Source: Camelus ferus (lineage: Eukaryota). From it: a DNA stretch of 64,000 nucleotides. The position numbers were made by a program, and so were the translations under genes. This document shows, piece after piece, positions 25,660 through 37,129 of this stretch. The notes under the pieces were generated by a model. It was not told the origin of the DNA. It was given only the letters and a program-made list of their open reading frames with translations, and ran no database searches. The stretch's first letter is position 1. Each line of letters begins with the position of its first letter. Location: contig NC_045697.1 of NCBI RefSeq assembly GCF_009834535.1, forward strand, positions 87,484,001 to 87,548,000, in the 5' to 3' direction.

Positions 25660-25831
25660 AAGAGACTCCTTAGGAAGAGTCTGTCACAGCAGCCGTTTGT
25701 CCCTGGCCCTTCCCAATGGATTGATAGGTTAGATGACGATGTGAAAACATACTGGTCAAATGTGACTATTAGAAGAAACACTGAATGTGTGGAAGAAAGC
25801 ACTTGGAAAAATGATCTAAAAAGCTGGGATA
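25660..25831 (+). mobile_element. L3/CR1 LINE RT-region fossil (continues after ~26479)
   Basis: Translation QPFVPGP...IDRLDDDVK resembles CR1 RT QGSVLGP...INDLDDGIE; AAAAATGATCTAAAAAGCTGG resembles L3 CAAAATGATCTTGACAGGCTGG. Confidence 0.5.
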
Positions 25832-26469
25832 TCCAGTCATCTGTTGATGGCCATTTAGATTGCTTCCATGACTGGGCTATTTTAAATAGTGCTGCTATGA
25901 ACATTGGGGTGCATGAATCTTTTCAAATTGGAGTTTTCTCTGGATCTATGCCCAGCAGTAGGATTGCTGGATCGTATGGTGAGTTTATTTTTAGAAGTTG
26001 AGGTATTTATAGACAATGGAATACTACTCAACCATAAAAAGAATGAATTAATGCCATTTGCAGCAACATGGATGAACCTGGGTATTATCATACTAAGTGA
26101 AATAAGTCAGACAGCTAAAGACAAATATCATATGATATCACTTATATGTGGAATCTAAAAAATGATACAAAGGAACTTACTTACAAAACAGAAACAGACT
26201 CACAGACATAGAAAACAAACTTATGGCTACCGAAGGAGAAAGGGAGGGGAGGGACACATTAGGAGTTGAGATTAGCAGATACACACTACTATATATAAAA
26301 TAGATGAACAGCAAGGTCCTACTGTATAGCACAGGGAACTGTATTCAATATTTGGTAATAATCTATAATGAAAATGTGAAAAAAAAATATGTGTGTGACC
26401 GAATCACTATGCTGCACAATGGAAACTAACACAACATTGTAAATCAACTATATTTCAATTAAAAAAAAA
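25832..26469 (+). mobile_element. 5'-inverted (twin-primed) L1 insertion
   Basis: 25832-~25991 is antisense ORF2 (MFIAALFKIAQSWKQSKWPSTDDWI). ~25992-26469 is the sense ORF2 end, 3'UTR and A tail. TSD AAAAAGCTGGGATA (25818-25831) / AAAAATCTGGGATA (26465-26478). Confidence 0.9.
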
Positions 26470-26726
26470 TCTGGGATAAATGAGCTCCAGTTGAACAAAA
26501 GAAACTGATTAAATGCCCTGGGGGAGGTCTTAGGAGAGACAGTGACCCGTGTCAGAAGGGTTAAAAGCATGTCCCAGCAGAAGCACTGATGTGTTGGGTG
26601 TGATTGCCTTTGACAATGAGAAATCGTGGTGATCCTGCAGCCTTGACAGGCTCTCTGTAGAAGGCTGAGTACTGTCGATATTGGGAGGTGCTGGGAAGCA
26701 GAACCAGGTCCAGTAGATGACAGAGG

Positions 26727-27278
26727 TGTGTCATCCAGGGTTCTGTGGGGCAGGAGTGCCCTCTGAGTGTGGGCTGAGGTATTTATTATAGGAATTAAAG
26801 CTTACACAATTGTGGGGGGATCAGGGGAAGGGTAGGTCCAGAAAGAAGAGTTGGACGATGAAGGAGTCATTCCCTTAAGAAATGAGGGAAGCACTGGCCT
26901 AGGTGAGCAAGTCAGAGCTTGCAGGGAGATCTGAGGAGACAAGCGATGCAGCTGCTGACATGGGACTGTGTCGGAGAGCTGGTGGAGTGTCTTTGGGAAG
27001 CTGCTGCCTATGGCCTGCCACCAAGGAAGTGGTGGTGCGACGCTGTGGGTCAGCGGGGCTCACGATCGAGAAGAAGAGCCGAACGTGGAGTAGAGGGGCG
27101 TGAGGACAGCTGGGACGGCGAGGCTCCTCGGCCTCTTTCTGTCTGTCACCGCACCCGACTGTGGACTTCCCTTGTGCCTCTCACATCGCGTCCGAGGTGC
27201 TCTTTTGGCTACTCCGCCCCAGAGCGCTAGAGGGAAGGGAAGTCCGGCCGTGTACTTACCAGTCTAACCACCTTGACT
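26727..27278 (-). mobile_element. ERVL-class LTR (LTR41/LTR50-like)
   Basis: Left end TGTGTCATCCAGGGTTC with antisense poly(A) signal TTTATT at ~26783; reverse complement of right end GTCAAGGTGGTTAGACTGG...TTCCCTTCCCT resembles an LTR41-type 5' end. Confidence 0.55.
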
Positions 27279-28112
27279 GTAGCATTCTCAGCACAAAAAG
27301 AGGTAGGCGTTTGCTCAGTAAAGAAAGAAAGGGATGATTTAAAATCTGTCCGAGTGTAGATGCCTGTAGAGGCAGTGAGGGAGTGCCCCCGTGGCAGGGA
27401 CCTTGAAGGTGGAGCCAAGCGCAGGGCATTTAGTTTGTCTGGTGGTTAAAAAGCACTGCCACGGGCTGCCACCACCAAATATACCCACTTGCCTGCATCC
27501 GGACCTAGGCTCCCTACTTGTTGTTCCTCTGTCCCTTTCCATTTTCTGTGAACTGGTAGTTTGATTCAGAGATTGACTGCAGTCAGCTTAGATGATGATG
27601 ATGATTTTAACAAGAATAATTCAGAAGATGTGCTTAGTAAGTATTATCTCTCTGTTGTGATGTTAGTGGTCACTGATGTTCATTTCTTCCTTCGGGGAAA
27701 GCCAGACCTCTTACTCGCTTGGCTGCTGCCTCTTCCATCCACAGTAACTGAAACTTAATAATCTTCGGTGGAGTAGGCGTGGCCTTGAGAAAGAAGGATC
27801 GGGCACCCGCGTTCTTACGTCCGCGTTCGCCTGCATCCCCACATACGCTTCCTTGTCAAAATGAATTATTTCAGTGCTATTTCAAGAGAAGGCCTAGGCG
27901 ACCTTCTTAATCAGGACTGTTGGCTGCCAGCGTGAAGTGTGGGGGGTGGGGAGGTGCGAGGAAGAGCAGGCTCTGCCGTGAGCATGTGTCGTGCAAACAT
28001 TTACCCCCGCCACCCCCGCCAGAAAAGCATATGACCCTGTGTACTTTATTTTCATACTGTGTTTTTGCACTGAGGGATAAAACCAAATCCTTCCATTTAC
28101 CCTTCCCGGCGA

Positions 28113-28172
28113 GGCGGGGGTGGGGTGCGTTGGGGGTGGGGGTTGGGGGTGGGGGTTGAGGGTGGTGGAGGG
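28113..28172 (+). repeat. G-rich (GGGGGT)n tract, potential G-quadruplex
   Basis: At least six G4-5 runs, mostly with 1-2 nt loops, seen directly. Confidence 0.75.
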
Positions 28173-28624
28173 CAGCAGAAAGGGGATTGGGGAGCAGCCC
28201 GGTTGTGAATCAAGGGATGGGCGTTTGCTTTCGTTGGCCCTGGTGCCAGCCCAATCTGGGGACCTGGGTGAAGCGTCTTTGATGCTTTCCCTTTATAGAA
28301 GTCCATAAATACAATCTGGGGGAGATCATACAGGACTCAACTAGTCTGGACGCTAAATCACCTGTGATGTCTTGACGGAGATTTTCTTCCGCAGAGATGG
28401 AACAGACTCCTTTGCTGAGGTGGAAGAGCCAGGGTATTACAGCGTCTTAAACTGTTTACACTTCGGGAAGTTTTTTTTTTTTTTGAATTGCTTTCACGAG
28501 TTGAAAGGTCCTATATTATTTCTATGGTTTTGGAATTCTCTGAAGGAAGGCTGGATTTTTCTGCTTTATAGTTTATCTGAAACAAAACTTCCTGAAGCAG
28601 TCAGGAAAGAAGAGAGCAAGAAAA

Positions 28625-28800
28625 TTGAGACTGGCGCTCTGCCTACTGGTGGGAGAGTTGCTTAATTACTCTGACCCTCAATTTCTTAATCTGTGAAAAT
28701 ATGAATAATAATACCTAACTCAAGGGTTTCATGGCGGTTGAGTGATGTAGGTATGAAAGCACTGTGGGCTGGATTCCTGGTACCAGGTGCTGAACAACGA
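28625..28800 (+). mobile_element. MIR fragment
   Basis: CTCTGACCCTCAATTTCTTAATCTGTGAAAATATGAATAATAATACCTAACTCAAGGG. Confidence 0.75.
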
Positions 28801-29339
28801 TTGACTTCTTTGCCTGGTCTTGCCTTCATCTTCTCTGTAAGGCGTTGTGTGTAACAGGCGCTCAAGACGCACTCGTAATTGATTTCATTTTAGGGAAGCA
28901 TTTCCTTGATGATGTAGAGCGAGATCCCTTTGTTGGTGACAAACTTGCGCCAATTCCCATTGGAGGATGGGTTGCATTGGGGAAGTCAGCTTGTGAATCA
29001 GTGCCTGTTAACATTTCGTATGTAATAGCTACCATGAGAGGAAAAAAAAGCTCATTTATTTTTCTGAGAAGGGCTGTGGTGGTTATATTGTCACTGTTGG
29101 CAAGTTTTATGGACTTAAAAATTATAGTCGTCCTTGCGAGGACTCCCTCTGCCTCCTCAGCGGCTGAGTGGCCCAGCAGTGGCTCACTAATTCCAACCAT
29201 CTTGTGTGGACTTGGGTCAGTTAGCTCAGAGCATGGCTCTTTCTCCTGTAGCCTTTGTTTGAGAGTTACTTTTATGAGCTCGTGGTACGTTAGGCATTGA
29301 CTTCACCCCTCAGGGCTAGCATCCTTTTAGTATTTATTT

Positions 29340-29445
29340 ATGTGTTTTTTTTACATTTTTGAGTGAGTTTTAAGAGTCCTTTATATGTTCTGTATACTCT
29401 CCCTTTATCAGATGTGTGATTGGCAAACTTTTTCTCCAATCACTT
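29340..29445 (-). mobile_element. Short L1 ORF2 fragment
   Basis: TTTTAAGAGTCCTTTATATGTTCTGTATAC...CCTTTATCAGATGTGTGATTGGCAAACTTTTTCTCC. Confidence 0.75.
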
Positions 29446-31757
29446 ATTTTTAAATGGTTGGAGCCAATGAAATCTTTTTGAAATAAATCTGTTTTGAGCA
29501 GTATATAGCAACTCCTCTTAGATGAGTCATAGGTGGTTTAAAATCTGATCTAAGTTTACTTTTACTTGCCTATGGATTCTTTGCTCAAGCTTTATACAGC
29601 TAAGAAGTTTAAAAAAAAACTTTTTTAAAGCCTCTGTGAAGATAAAACATACAAGATAATATGTGCTTGCAATTGCTTTACCAAGGTTTCAGAAGAAATA
29701 ACAACAAAACAAAACAACTAAGAAGTTTCTTTGTCAAAGGTCTGGAAAATACAACTTTTGGATCGATTTTTGGGAGACCTGTTTTGCATTAAAATACCAA
29801 ATAAAACAAAATGATGGATTGTTTTGGCACCATTTAGGTTGGGCTTATGTGATGAGAACTGTACATAAAAGACAGCCAGTTATTGTCAGAGTTGACAGAT
29901 TTTTGGGTACCGTTTACTTGTTCAGTAAAGTCCCAGGGGTGAGGAGCTTTTCCAAAATTCTTATGCCAGGAACGATGCAAACTTCGGCTGTAAAAGACTG
30001 ACATTATCTTCCCAGTTCTATAGCTACCTCTGAATTGTGGTCTTGCCTGGCACACCAAATTAGTTCCTGTGATTTTCTGGACAACTTTTATCCTTCTTGA
30101 CATGGCTTCATTTTATTTTTTTCCGAGTTTGAAAGTTGCCCGAAAGCATTGGTCAGATTTTAACAGGAGACCCGTGCAGAGGTAGCTCAGACAGGGAAAT
30201 GACTCAGAGCACGTCCTAGGAGCAGCATGGTGATTAGCTTAATTGGAGTATAGGTGATGTCTAGGGGTTTTCTGAGAAAGAATGCTGGAAAGGGATTTGG
30301 GGGGACATATTTGGAAAGCTTTGCATGCCAGAACAAGGAACTGGTACTTAATTTACTTAATTTTTGGCAGTATGGATTCATTTTAATCTGATGAAACACA
30401 TGCTGGAGAACTCCTCAGGAGGCCAGTGATCAAGAGGAGAGGTGACGAGGGTTGAATGGGGTGGAAGTGAAGACAGGAAGCACACCGAGACTGATTGCCT
30501 TCATTCTGCCACATTACGTTGAATGCGCTTGTAATGCAGTGTGGCGTCCGTCACTAAATGGAACTGTATGCCTGTTCATAGAAATAACCTCAGCCTGACA
30601 TCAAGTCCAAGGTTAAATGAAGGATAAATGTGTTCAGAAAATATTCATGCGTGTTAGGTGGCTGTGGGGAGAGGTTGGACCACAAATTTACATCCCTGGG
30701 TGGAGGTTGAACTGAAAGGTGATTCCTGAAGTCAGTGCAAACCTAATGACACTTTCTTTCGGCATGTCACAATTTTTTAACATTTATTCCCTTTTTGGCC
30801 TCATTTTATCTTTAGGGCAGTTTGGTCAGGTAGCCTGTAGCGTCTTCACTGGGTAGAAGTGAGGCATAAAGAGGGTAAATACCTTGGTCAAAGTATAAAG
30901 GTGGCAGAAACCAAACCCCGAATCCTTGTTTCTAGGGCCCAGGTCCATTTCCTACCATTTTTGAATCCTGCTTCAGCAGAACTCAATGACCCATTCATCT
31001 GCAGTTTAATGAATCTGTTTGTGAATGTGGGCTGTTCACTATTTCCATCAAAGTAATGTTAACCACCCCCCTCCCCAACCCGAATGCTTTGTTTCCCACC
31101 TGAACTTCTAAGGGCAGTGTGAGAATTGCATTGTGACTCACCGCCTGGTGCCCCTGGCACAGCTGCAGGAGAGGATGCAGCCCTGTTTGGATGAAACATA
31201 CTCGACTGAACCCTGGTAGCACTTCCAACGACAGGTCAGAACCGTTAAGCACTGCATAAATGCTAATTGATGAGCAGTGTTCCTGGGAATCAGAAAGATG
31301 CTTGAGAATGTGCCTTAACTGGAACCGTGAATGGTCCCCTAGTGGCTCTGGATTCATTGTGCTTTCCTAAGTGCCTCATTTATGGCCAGGCCTCGGGGGA
31401 GACCTTAGCTCCTTGAGTTTATTGTTTGTAATATTTGATATATTATTTGAAGTAAATTGAAAGCATTCCTTGCAGTGCTGCTTTCTACTCTCTTCTATCT
31501 TTTTACACAAAATATAATTCTCAATTTACAGATTAATTCCTGACTTTCAACTGAGCTCACAGAAGCAAGATTCCATGGTTAGCAGTGAGCTGCCTCTAGG
31601 AGACACCTGGTAAGGACTTGATTTTGATGATGAGATCCTAGAGTTCTATCCTGAGCCGAGGCCAGAGTCTGATACCATCGTGGAGGGTCTTGGGAGGGAG
31701 GGAGTGTATTTTTAATGTGGGAGGTGTGTTAGCATTTGTGGCCAGAGGGAGGAGGAC

Positions 31758-32496
31758 TGTGGCAGTTTTAAGACATGGCTGCACATTCATCAAGAGGAAG
31801 GGTCTTGTCCCCTCTCTTTGAATCTGGATGGACTTAAAACTGTTTTGAAAAATAGAGTGTGAGAGAAGTGATGCTTTGTGACTTCCAAGGCTAGGTGATG
31901 CCATACCAGGCGGTTTTGGCTTTGTTCACTACAACACTTACTCTGGAACCCTGAACTGCCAAGGCTGGAGGTGACCCCTCTGTGGCTCTCATCCTGGAGA
32001 GGCTTCTCATCAGTGTTCTGGTCGACAATTTATGCTGAGTTCAGCCTTCCAGCCATCCTTGCCAAGATGGAAGACATGGAAGTGAAGCAGTTGTGGACTC
32101 TTCAAACCAGTCCTGCTGCTAGTTGGATACCAGTGGATTACCTACCTAGATACACATGCAACAGAAGAATCACCCAGCTGAGCCCTGCCCAAATTACAGA
32201 CCCACAACATCGTGAGAAATAATGAAATGGTTGTTCTGAAGTCCTTCCACTGGGCTGTATTTCATTCTGGAAATACGGATTGAGTAACTTCTACAGGCGC
32301 AGTTCTGTTTTGGTCTAGCGGTAGGATCCAAAGATGCAGACAGTCTTTGTTCTCCAGGAGACAAGCTTATTTGGGAGGCAATTGGTGAGAAGTGAAATAG
32401 CAAACAGGAAGTTAAATACCATCAGAGGAAATGTGATGTGATAATGCGTGCTAAGCTTTGGGGTGCTTTGTTATATAGAAATGGTTAAGTGGAACA
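31758..32496 (+). mobile_element. MaLR LTR (MLT1G/H-like), interrupted at 32241-~32450 by a local duplication
   Basis: Starts TGTGGCAG; GAAGTGATGCTTTGTGACTTCCAAGGCTAGGT; CCCAGCTGAGCCCTGCCCAAATTACAGACCCACA; 3' end CTAAGCTTTGGGGTGCTTTGTTAT...GGAACA. Confidence 0.8.
32241..32450 (+). repeat. Direct-repeat copy of 34081-~34318
   Basis: Hand alignment of 32241-32421 with 34081-34260 gives ~24 differences in ~182 columns, with the last 38 nt identical. Confidence 0.92.
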
Positions 32497-32758
32497 GAAT
32501 TTGGTATCAGAAGTGAGAAGAACTGAGGGAATGCCTACCTGCCTGAAGAAGTCTAAGAATTAAGTGGTTAAGTAGTTACATCCACGATGCCCAGTTACAT
32601 CTGTGATGGAAATTTTCTCTGCTCGTCTGAAAACACCTGAAAGTGTGTGTGAGTGTGTGTGTGTAGTTATATAGTACTTACGACCAACTCCAGAGTGAAT
32701 TGTTATATAGATGATTGATGTTCCTCATTCCTTGCCATACAGAAGATGAGGGTCTAGA

Positions 32759-32920
32759 TTCTTGCTACTCCTAGCAGGGTCTGAGGACCAACAACATTGG
32801 TGCTACTTGGGAGTTTGTTAGAAAAGCAGATTCTCAGGCCCGGCTCCGGATTCTGAATGAGAATCTACATTTAACAAGACCCCAAGAGATTCCAGCACAC
32901 ATTAAAGTTGGAGGAACATG
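32759..32920. mobile_element. MER5A MITE
   Basis: GCTACTC...CTTGGGAGTTTGTTAGAAAAGCAGATTCTCAGGCCC...ACATTAAAGTTGGAGGAACATG; hAT-type 8-bp TSD GGTCTAGA / GGTCTAAG. Confidence 0.85.
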
Positions 32921-33164
32921 GGTCTAAGCTTTGCTGCTTCTGTTACTATGGCTACCACCAAACACCAAAGGAGAGCATCCCCCTTTTGTCCCATGTGTGA
33001 ACAATTTATATACATTGCTGCATATAATTTTATTCTCAGAATAACAATGCAACACAGATATTATCTTCTCTGTTATATACATGAGGAAGCCAAGGCTTAG
33101 GGACCTCAAAGAAGCTGCTTGCCTAAAGCTAGTGAGTGCTGGCCACAGGAGTGGAACCCAGACC

Positions 33165-33581
33165 TGTCTGCTTCCAAAGCACAGACACAGTGAAGCCTAA
33201 GGATTCAAATGTAGTATACTTGGAAGGCGCTCCCAGGAGACAACCTGTAGGGGAGTGGGGAAGTGAGACAGAAGTGGGAAGGAGAGATAAGGGGTTCATT
33301 ACTGAGCCACTTACTATTCTGGACAACTGGAACTTCATCCCTGGGAACTCTGGGAAATGATTTAGAACAAAATCTTGGGGTTATTCCACCTGGACGACGA
33401 GGGAGTTGTGTAGAGGGCTGCTTCTGGGGGTGCCAATTCCCTGGTATTTTCGGGCAACTGAATATGTAAGCTAAGAGGGCACAGGTGGTGACAGAAATCT
33501 CTTTAGGGAAAGAAATGCTGGTGCTGGCAGTCAGAATGAGGGTAGGAGGATGTGGGTGGGGTACCCCCAGTACCTGCTGCA
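33165..33581 (-). mobile_element. ERVL LTR (LTR16-like), abutting a minus-strand MIR (~32970-33165)
   Basis: Reverse complement begins TGCAGCAGGTACTGGGGGTACCCCACCCACATCC; AGGATTCAAATG...CCCAGGAGAC...GGGGAGTGGGGAAGTGAGACAG is typical of antisense LTR16. Confidence 0.65.
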
Positions 33582-34080
33582 CTGTGCTCGCCTGTATCTT
33601 AGACAGATTTCTCAGAAATGCATCTTCTTGTTCATTTTTATTTATTGGACCCATTACTGTTATAAAATTAAGGGAAATATACCTCAAGTCCTTATTCTTA
33701 GAGAACTGGCATTGTTTTTCAGACCTTAAAAGAAAATCTGAATAGTGGAAAAGATCACATCAAGTCATTTTACCTTAACAATAAAGATGTTTTCATCCCA
33801 CTGTGTTCCCTGGCAGCACTCACCTATATACACATACCTTCTTAAGTTCTCTCTTTCAACCGTGATGTATCATTACCACTTTCTCTTCGGCTACCTAGTC
33901 TTTAAAAGGTAATGATGCACGACTCCGAAACATCCCATTGTGCGGCTGCCACAATGCATGGAACAAGTCCTCTATTGCTGTGCATTTAGGCCAAGAAACG
34001 CATCTTAAGTGGCACAAATACAGGAAGAGAGAACTTTTCCAGCATGTGAGTACAGCTCTGTTTAGTTGACGGTGACTGTG

Positions 34081-34320
34081 GTCCTTTCACTGACTGTATT
34101 TCATTCAGGAAGTATGTATTGAGTAACTTCTACATGCCCAGCTCTGTGTTGGGCCTAGCGGTAGGATCCAGAGATACAGACAGCCTTTGTCCTCTGGAGA
34201 CAAGCTGGATTGTGAGGCAATCGGTGAGAAGTGAAATAGCAAACAGGAAGTTAAATACCAGTAGGAGAAATTTACAGTTAAATACTGGTAAATACCAGTG
34301 ATGTGCTAATGGGGGCTAAA
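34081..34320 (-). mobile_element. L2 3'-end relic; donor of the 32241 duplication
   Basis: TTCATTCAGGAAGTATGTATTGAGTAACTTCTACATGCCCAGCTCTGTGTTGGGC matches the antisense L2 tail. Confidence 0.7.
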
Positions 34321-34770
34321 CCTAGGCTGTGTTTTAACGAGCTTAGAAGTGTACGTTATACCAGGGGTCACTGAGTTTGATCTTGTTATCTTTTAATTCT
34401 GTAATGCATGGGCAGAAACTCTATATTGGTTCTCACGAGACTAATGAATGGAAAGGGTCCTGGACCCCTGAATGCATATTCAACAAGCACATATTTATTG
34501 GGAATGAGCGAGGAAGGTGTGAAACTACACATGACCTGGTCACACAGATTGCTGAGAGCTCTAGGATTCCCCATAGATTTGTTTTTACATATTGCTGGGG
34601 TTTGAGCCCAGGGCCATCAGACTCCAGAGCCCTGCCCTTGACTCCTATGTTATGCTACCTGCTAAGAAAAATGAGGATAGACTACTAGTGGACGCTTTCT
34701 ACAGGATCTGAGAAGGGGTAGAGAGGTTCTTAGAATTTAATGCCCATTACTACTCTAAGTATCAAAAAGT

Positions 34771-34913
34771 GGGGGAGGAAGGTATAGGTCAGGTGATAGA
34801 GCACATGCTTAGTATGCATGAGGTCCTGGGTTCAATCCCCAGTACCTCCTCCAAGAATAAATAAATAAACCTAATTACCTCCACCCACCAAAAAAAAAAA
34901 AAAAAAAAAAAAA
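34771..34913 (+). mobile_element. tRNA-derived camelid SINE (Vic-1 type)
   Basis: GGGGGAGGAAGGTATAGGTCAGGTGATAGAGCACATGCTTAGTATGCATGAGGTCCTGGGTTCAATCCCCAGTACCTCC, then (TAAA)n, CCTAATTACCTCC and a long A tail. Confidence 0.88.
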
Positions 34914-34924
34914 TTAAAAATTGA

Positions 34925-35360
34925 TGTTAGCTGATCTAAGCAGAAAAAAAGATCCTGAATGGCTCATAGACTTTCCAGGAAGATTCTAGGCTCAGAGGCC
35001 ATGTATCCAGGAACAATGCCCCAAATCATACACTGAAATGAATCCAATGAACACACTTCTGTGCTGCTAACCACACCACCGACCCCACTGATACGGGTCT
35101 TGTTATTTAGCCCTTGCTTTGGCTGCTTCTGGAATGAGGATTCAGCCACACAGGGTCCACATGCACTCTGCACGCTACCTGCTTCTTCCTGACACGCCAC
35201 TGGGTGGTGATTCCAAGTCTGGGGCAGGTGATTCCAGTTGACAGAGGCTATGACAGGTGCTAGTCAGGGAGGCTGGGAAAGCACATACCTAGCACTTTTA
35301 ACTTCTGTGAGAAGCAGGGCCATCAGGTGCTGGGGGACCCAAGAATGACACATTCCACAG
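34925..35360 (-). mobile_element. Old MaLR LTR (MLT1N/M-like)
   Basis: GCTGATCTAAGCAGAAAA...GCTCATAGA; AAGTCTGGGGCAGGTG...AGGGAGGCTGGGAAAGC. Confidence 0.6.
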
Positions 35361-35678
35361 CTGCCCTTTGGTTCTTTTTTGGTTCCTTCATATCATTCTC
35401 CTGTCTCTCTTCTGGTAAGCAGAATCTATCCACGCTTCAGGGTTCAGCTTTTATCCCACTCCCTCTGTGAAATTTTCTGGAAGCCCTCTAGGTTTTGGTT
35501 TTATTCCTCTTTTGAACCTCAACATTAGTTCCAGCCAACATGAGTTGTGAAAACATAATATTTACAAGTTGACTTCCTATCATTAGACCTGAACCTCATT
35601 GTCCCAAAGAACTGTTGTGTCTAGAATCATATTTGGGGGCTTTTTTGAATGGTTGGTAGAGAAATAGCTTGTTTGTGC

Positions 35679-36134
35679 TGTCAACTGAAATAAATGCACA
35701 GCCTAAAAGTTAAAAGAATTATGTTTTATTTGGTGGGAGGACTCGAGCCGGGATGAGGGACTGCTCTGAAGAAGTAGGGGAGGAGCTGGCATATATAGGA
35801 GCTTTACAACAAAGACCAGGTAGTTGGAACAATAAAAGATTGCTTGTTAACTAAAGAAAACCAGGCATCTTCAGTTACAGAATTTAGTGCTTTTCTGTGT
35901 ATGGGAGGAAGCAAACATCTGGGCTCATTGTATTCATTCCTTTGACAAGCACCTAGCTATCTAGGGCCAGTATCCTGTCCTTTCTTATTCTGAGTCCCCT
36001 CAGAGTGCACCATTGTGAGTGGCTGCTGAGGCTGGGCTGCAGGCCTGTCCTCACTGGGGGTGGCAGCAGCCGCTGATGACTTGGTTTCAGCATTGTTTAC
36101 TGACATGGTTGCAGTATTTTCGTTCACAGTCACA
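35679..36134 (-). mobile_element. Lineage-specific solo ERV1 LTR
   Basis: TG...CA termini, antisense poly(A) signal TTTTATTT (~35724) and TATATA (~35792); 4-bp TSD GTGC (35675) / GTGC (36135). Confidence 0.85.
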
Positions 36135-37129
36135 GTGCTAATAGCTTCCTCTCCTTCCCCCCAGCCTGCTCCTCTTGTTCTGTCTTTGGTCTTTACCTAA
36201 TGATCAACACCATTTGGTGTTGTTGCTAATATTTTGTGTTATTTTCTTGACACCTTAACTAGACGGAATTCCCACTGCGGGTAACAATGATATTTAGTAG
36301 CTCTTCTGTGATGTCCGTAATATGGTATAAACAAGACATGCTTATTGGTTGGTTGAGAATAAATATGCCTGAAAAATGCAATATTTTATTGCATATATGG
36401 GTCCTTTGATCCAGTTAGGTATTCACTCAATGTCAGAATACCTCATTTGTAGAAACAGTAATTAAACTTCCTCCTTTTCCTGTAAAACTTTCCCTTTAAG
36501 TAGGGATTGACAATGGAATATTTTATAACAGGACTGAAGATTCTCTTAGAAACATCAAGTCCATGGCCCTCATAGAAAGAATCCCCTAGGTGTATCTACC
36601 CACAGAAGTTGACTGCATAATCCTTTAATATGCTTTCCAACAGACTGATTTCAACGGGAATGAGGAGCAAGTTTTCAGTACTGAATGGTTTACCTGTTAG
36701 ACTTGTCTTGGTAGAGATATATACCGCCTCTAATAATTGATTTTTATGACAGAAATTATTTGAAAGACTAATACCTGATTGCTCAGCAAAAATGTGCATA
36801 ATGTGTATTTTCTATTATGATTTTCTTTCAAAGGAAAAAAGTCCTTAAATGATAAATCTTTTTTTTTTTATTGTGATTTGGAAGATGTGTGTATCCCTTA
36901 GATCAAATCTCCCTGTATGCTGCACTTAAATAATTTCCAAGTAGAAATGTAGATTCACCATTACAAACCTCTCCATTACATTATTCTAAGCATCTTGTTG
37001 ACTCATCTGAAGAGGTAATGGTATAAAGCTGCATCATTTGTAAATTTGAAGGTCATAAGGCCTTTTCAAAAGAACTGTTTTTCTCTATATGAGATGTCAA
37101 CTCATTTAAAAATAGTTATTAAACACTTT

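Noticed and set aside
25543..26158. ORFs with reverse-transcriptase or L1 ORF2-like peptides
   Set aside because: Fragments of a truncated, inverted L1 and a CR1 fossil; not a functional RT system.
27570..27641. Exon-like RLTAVSLDDDDDFNKNNSEDVL ending in TTA|GTAAGT
   Set aside because: The acidic run is a (GAT)n microsatellite, the acceptor context is poor and the peptide is not recognised.
28845..29300. Overlapping 151-aa (+) and 112-aa (-) ORFs
   Set aside because: No homology recognised, no splice framing; lengths are within chance expectation for 64 kb in six frames.
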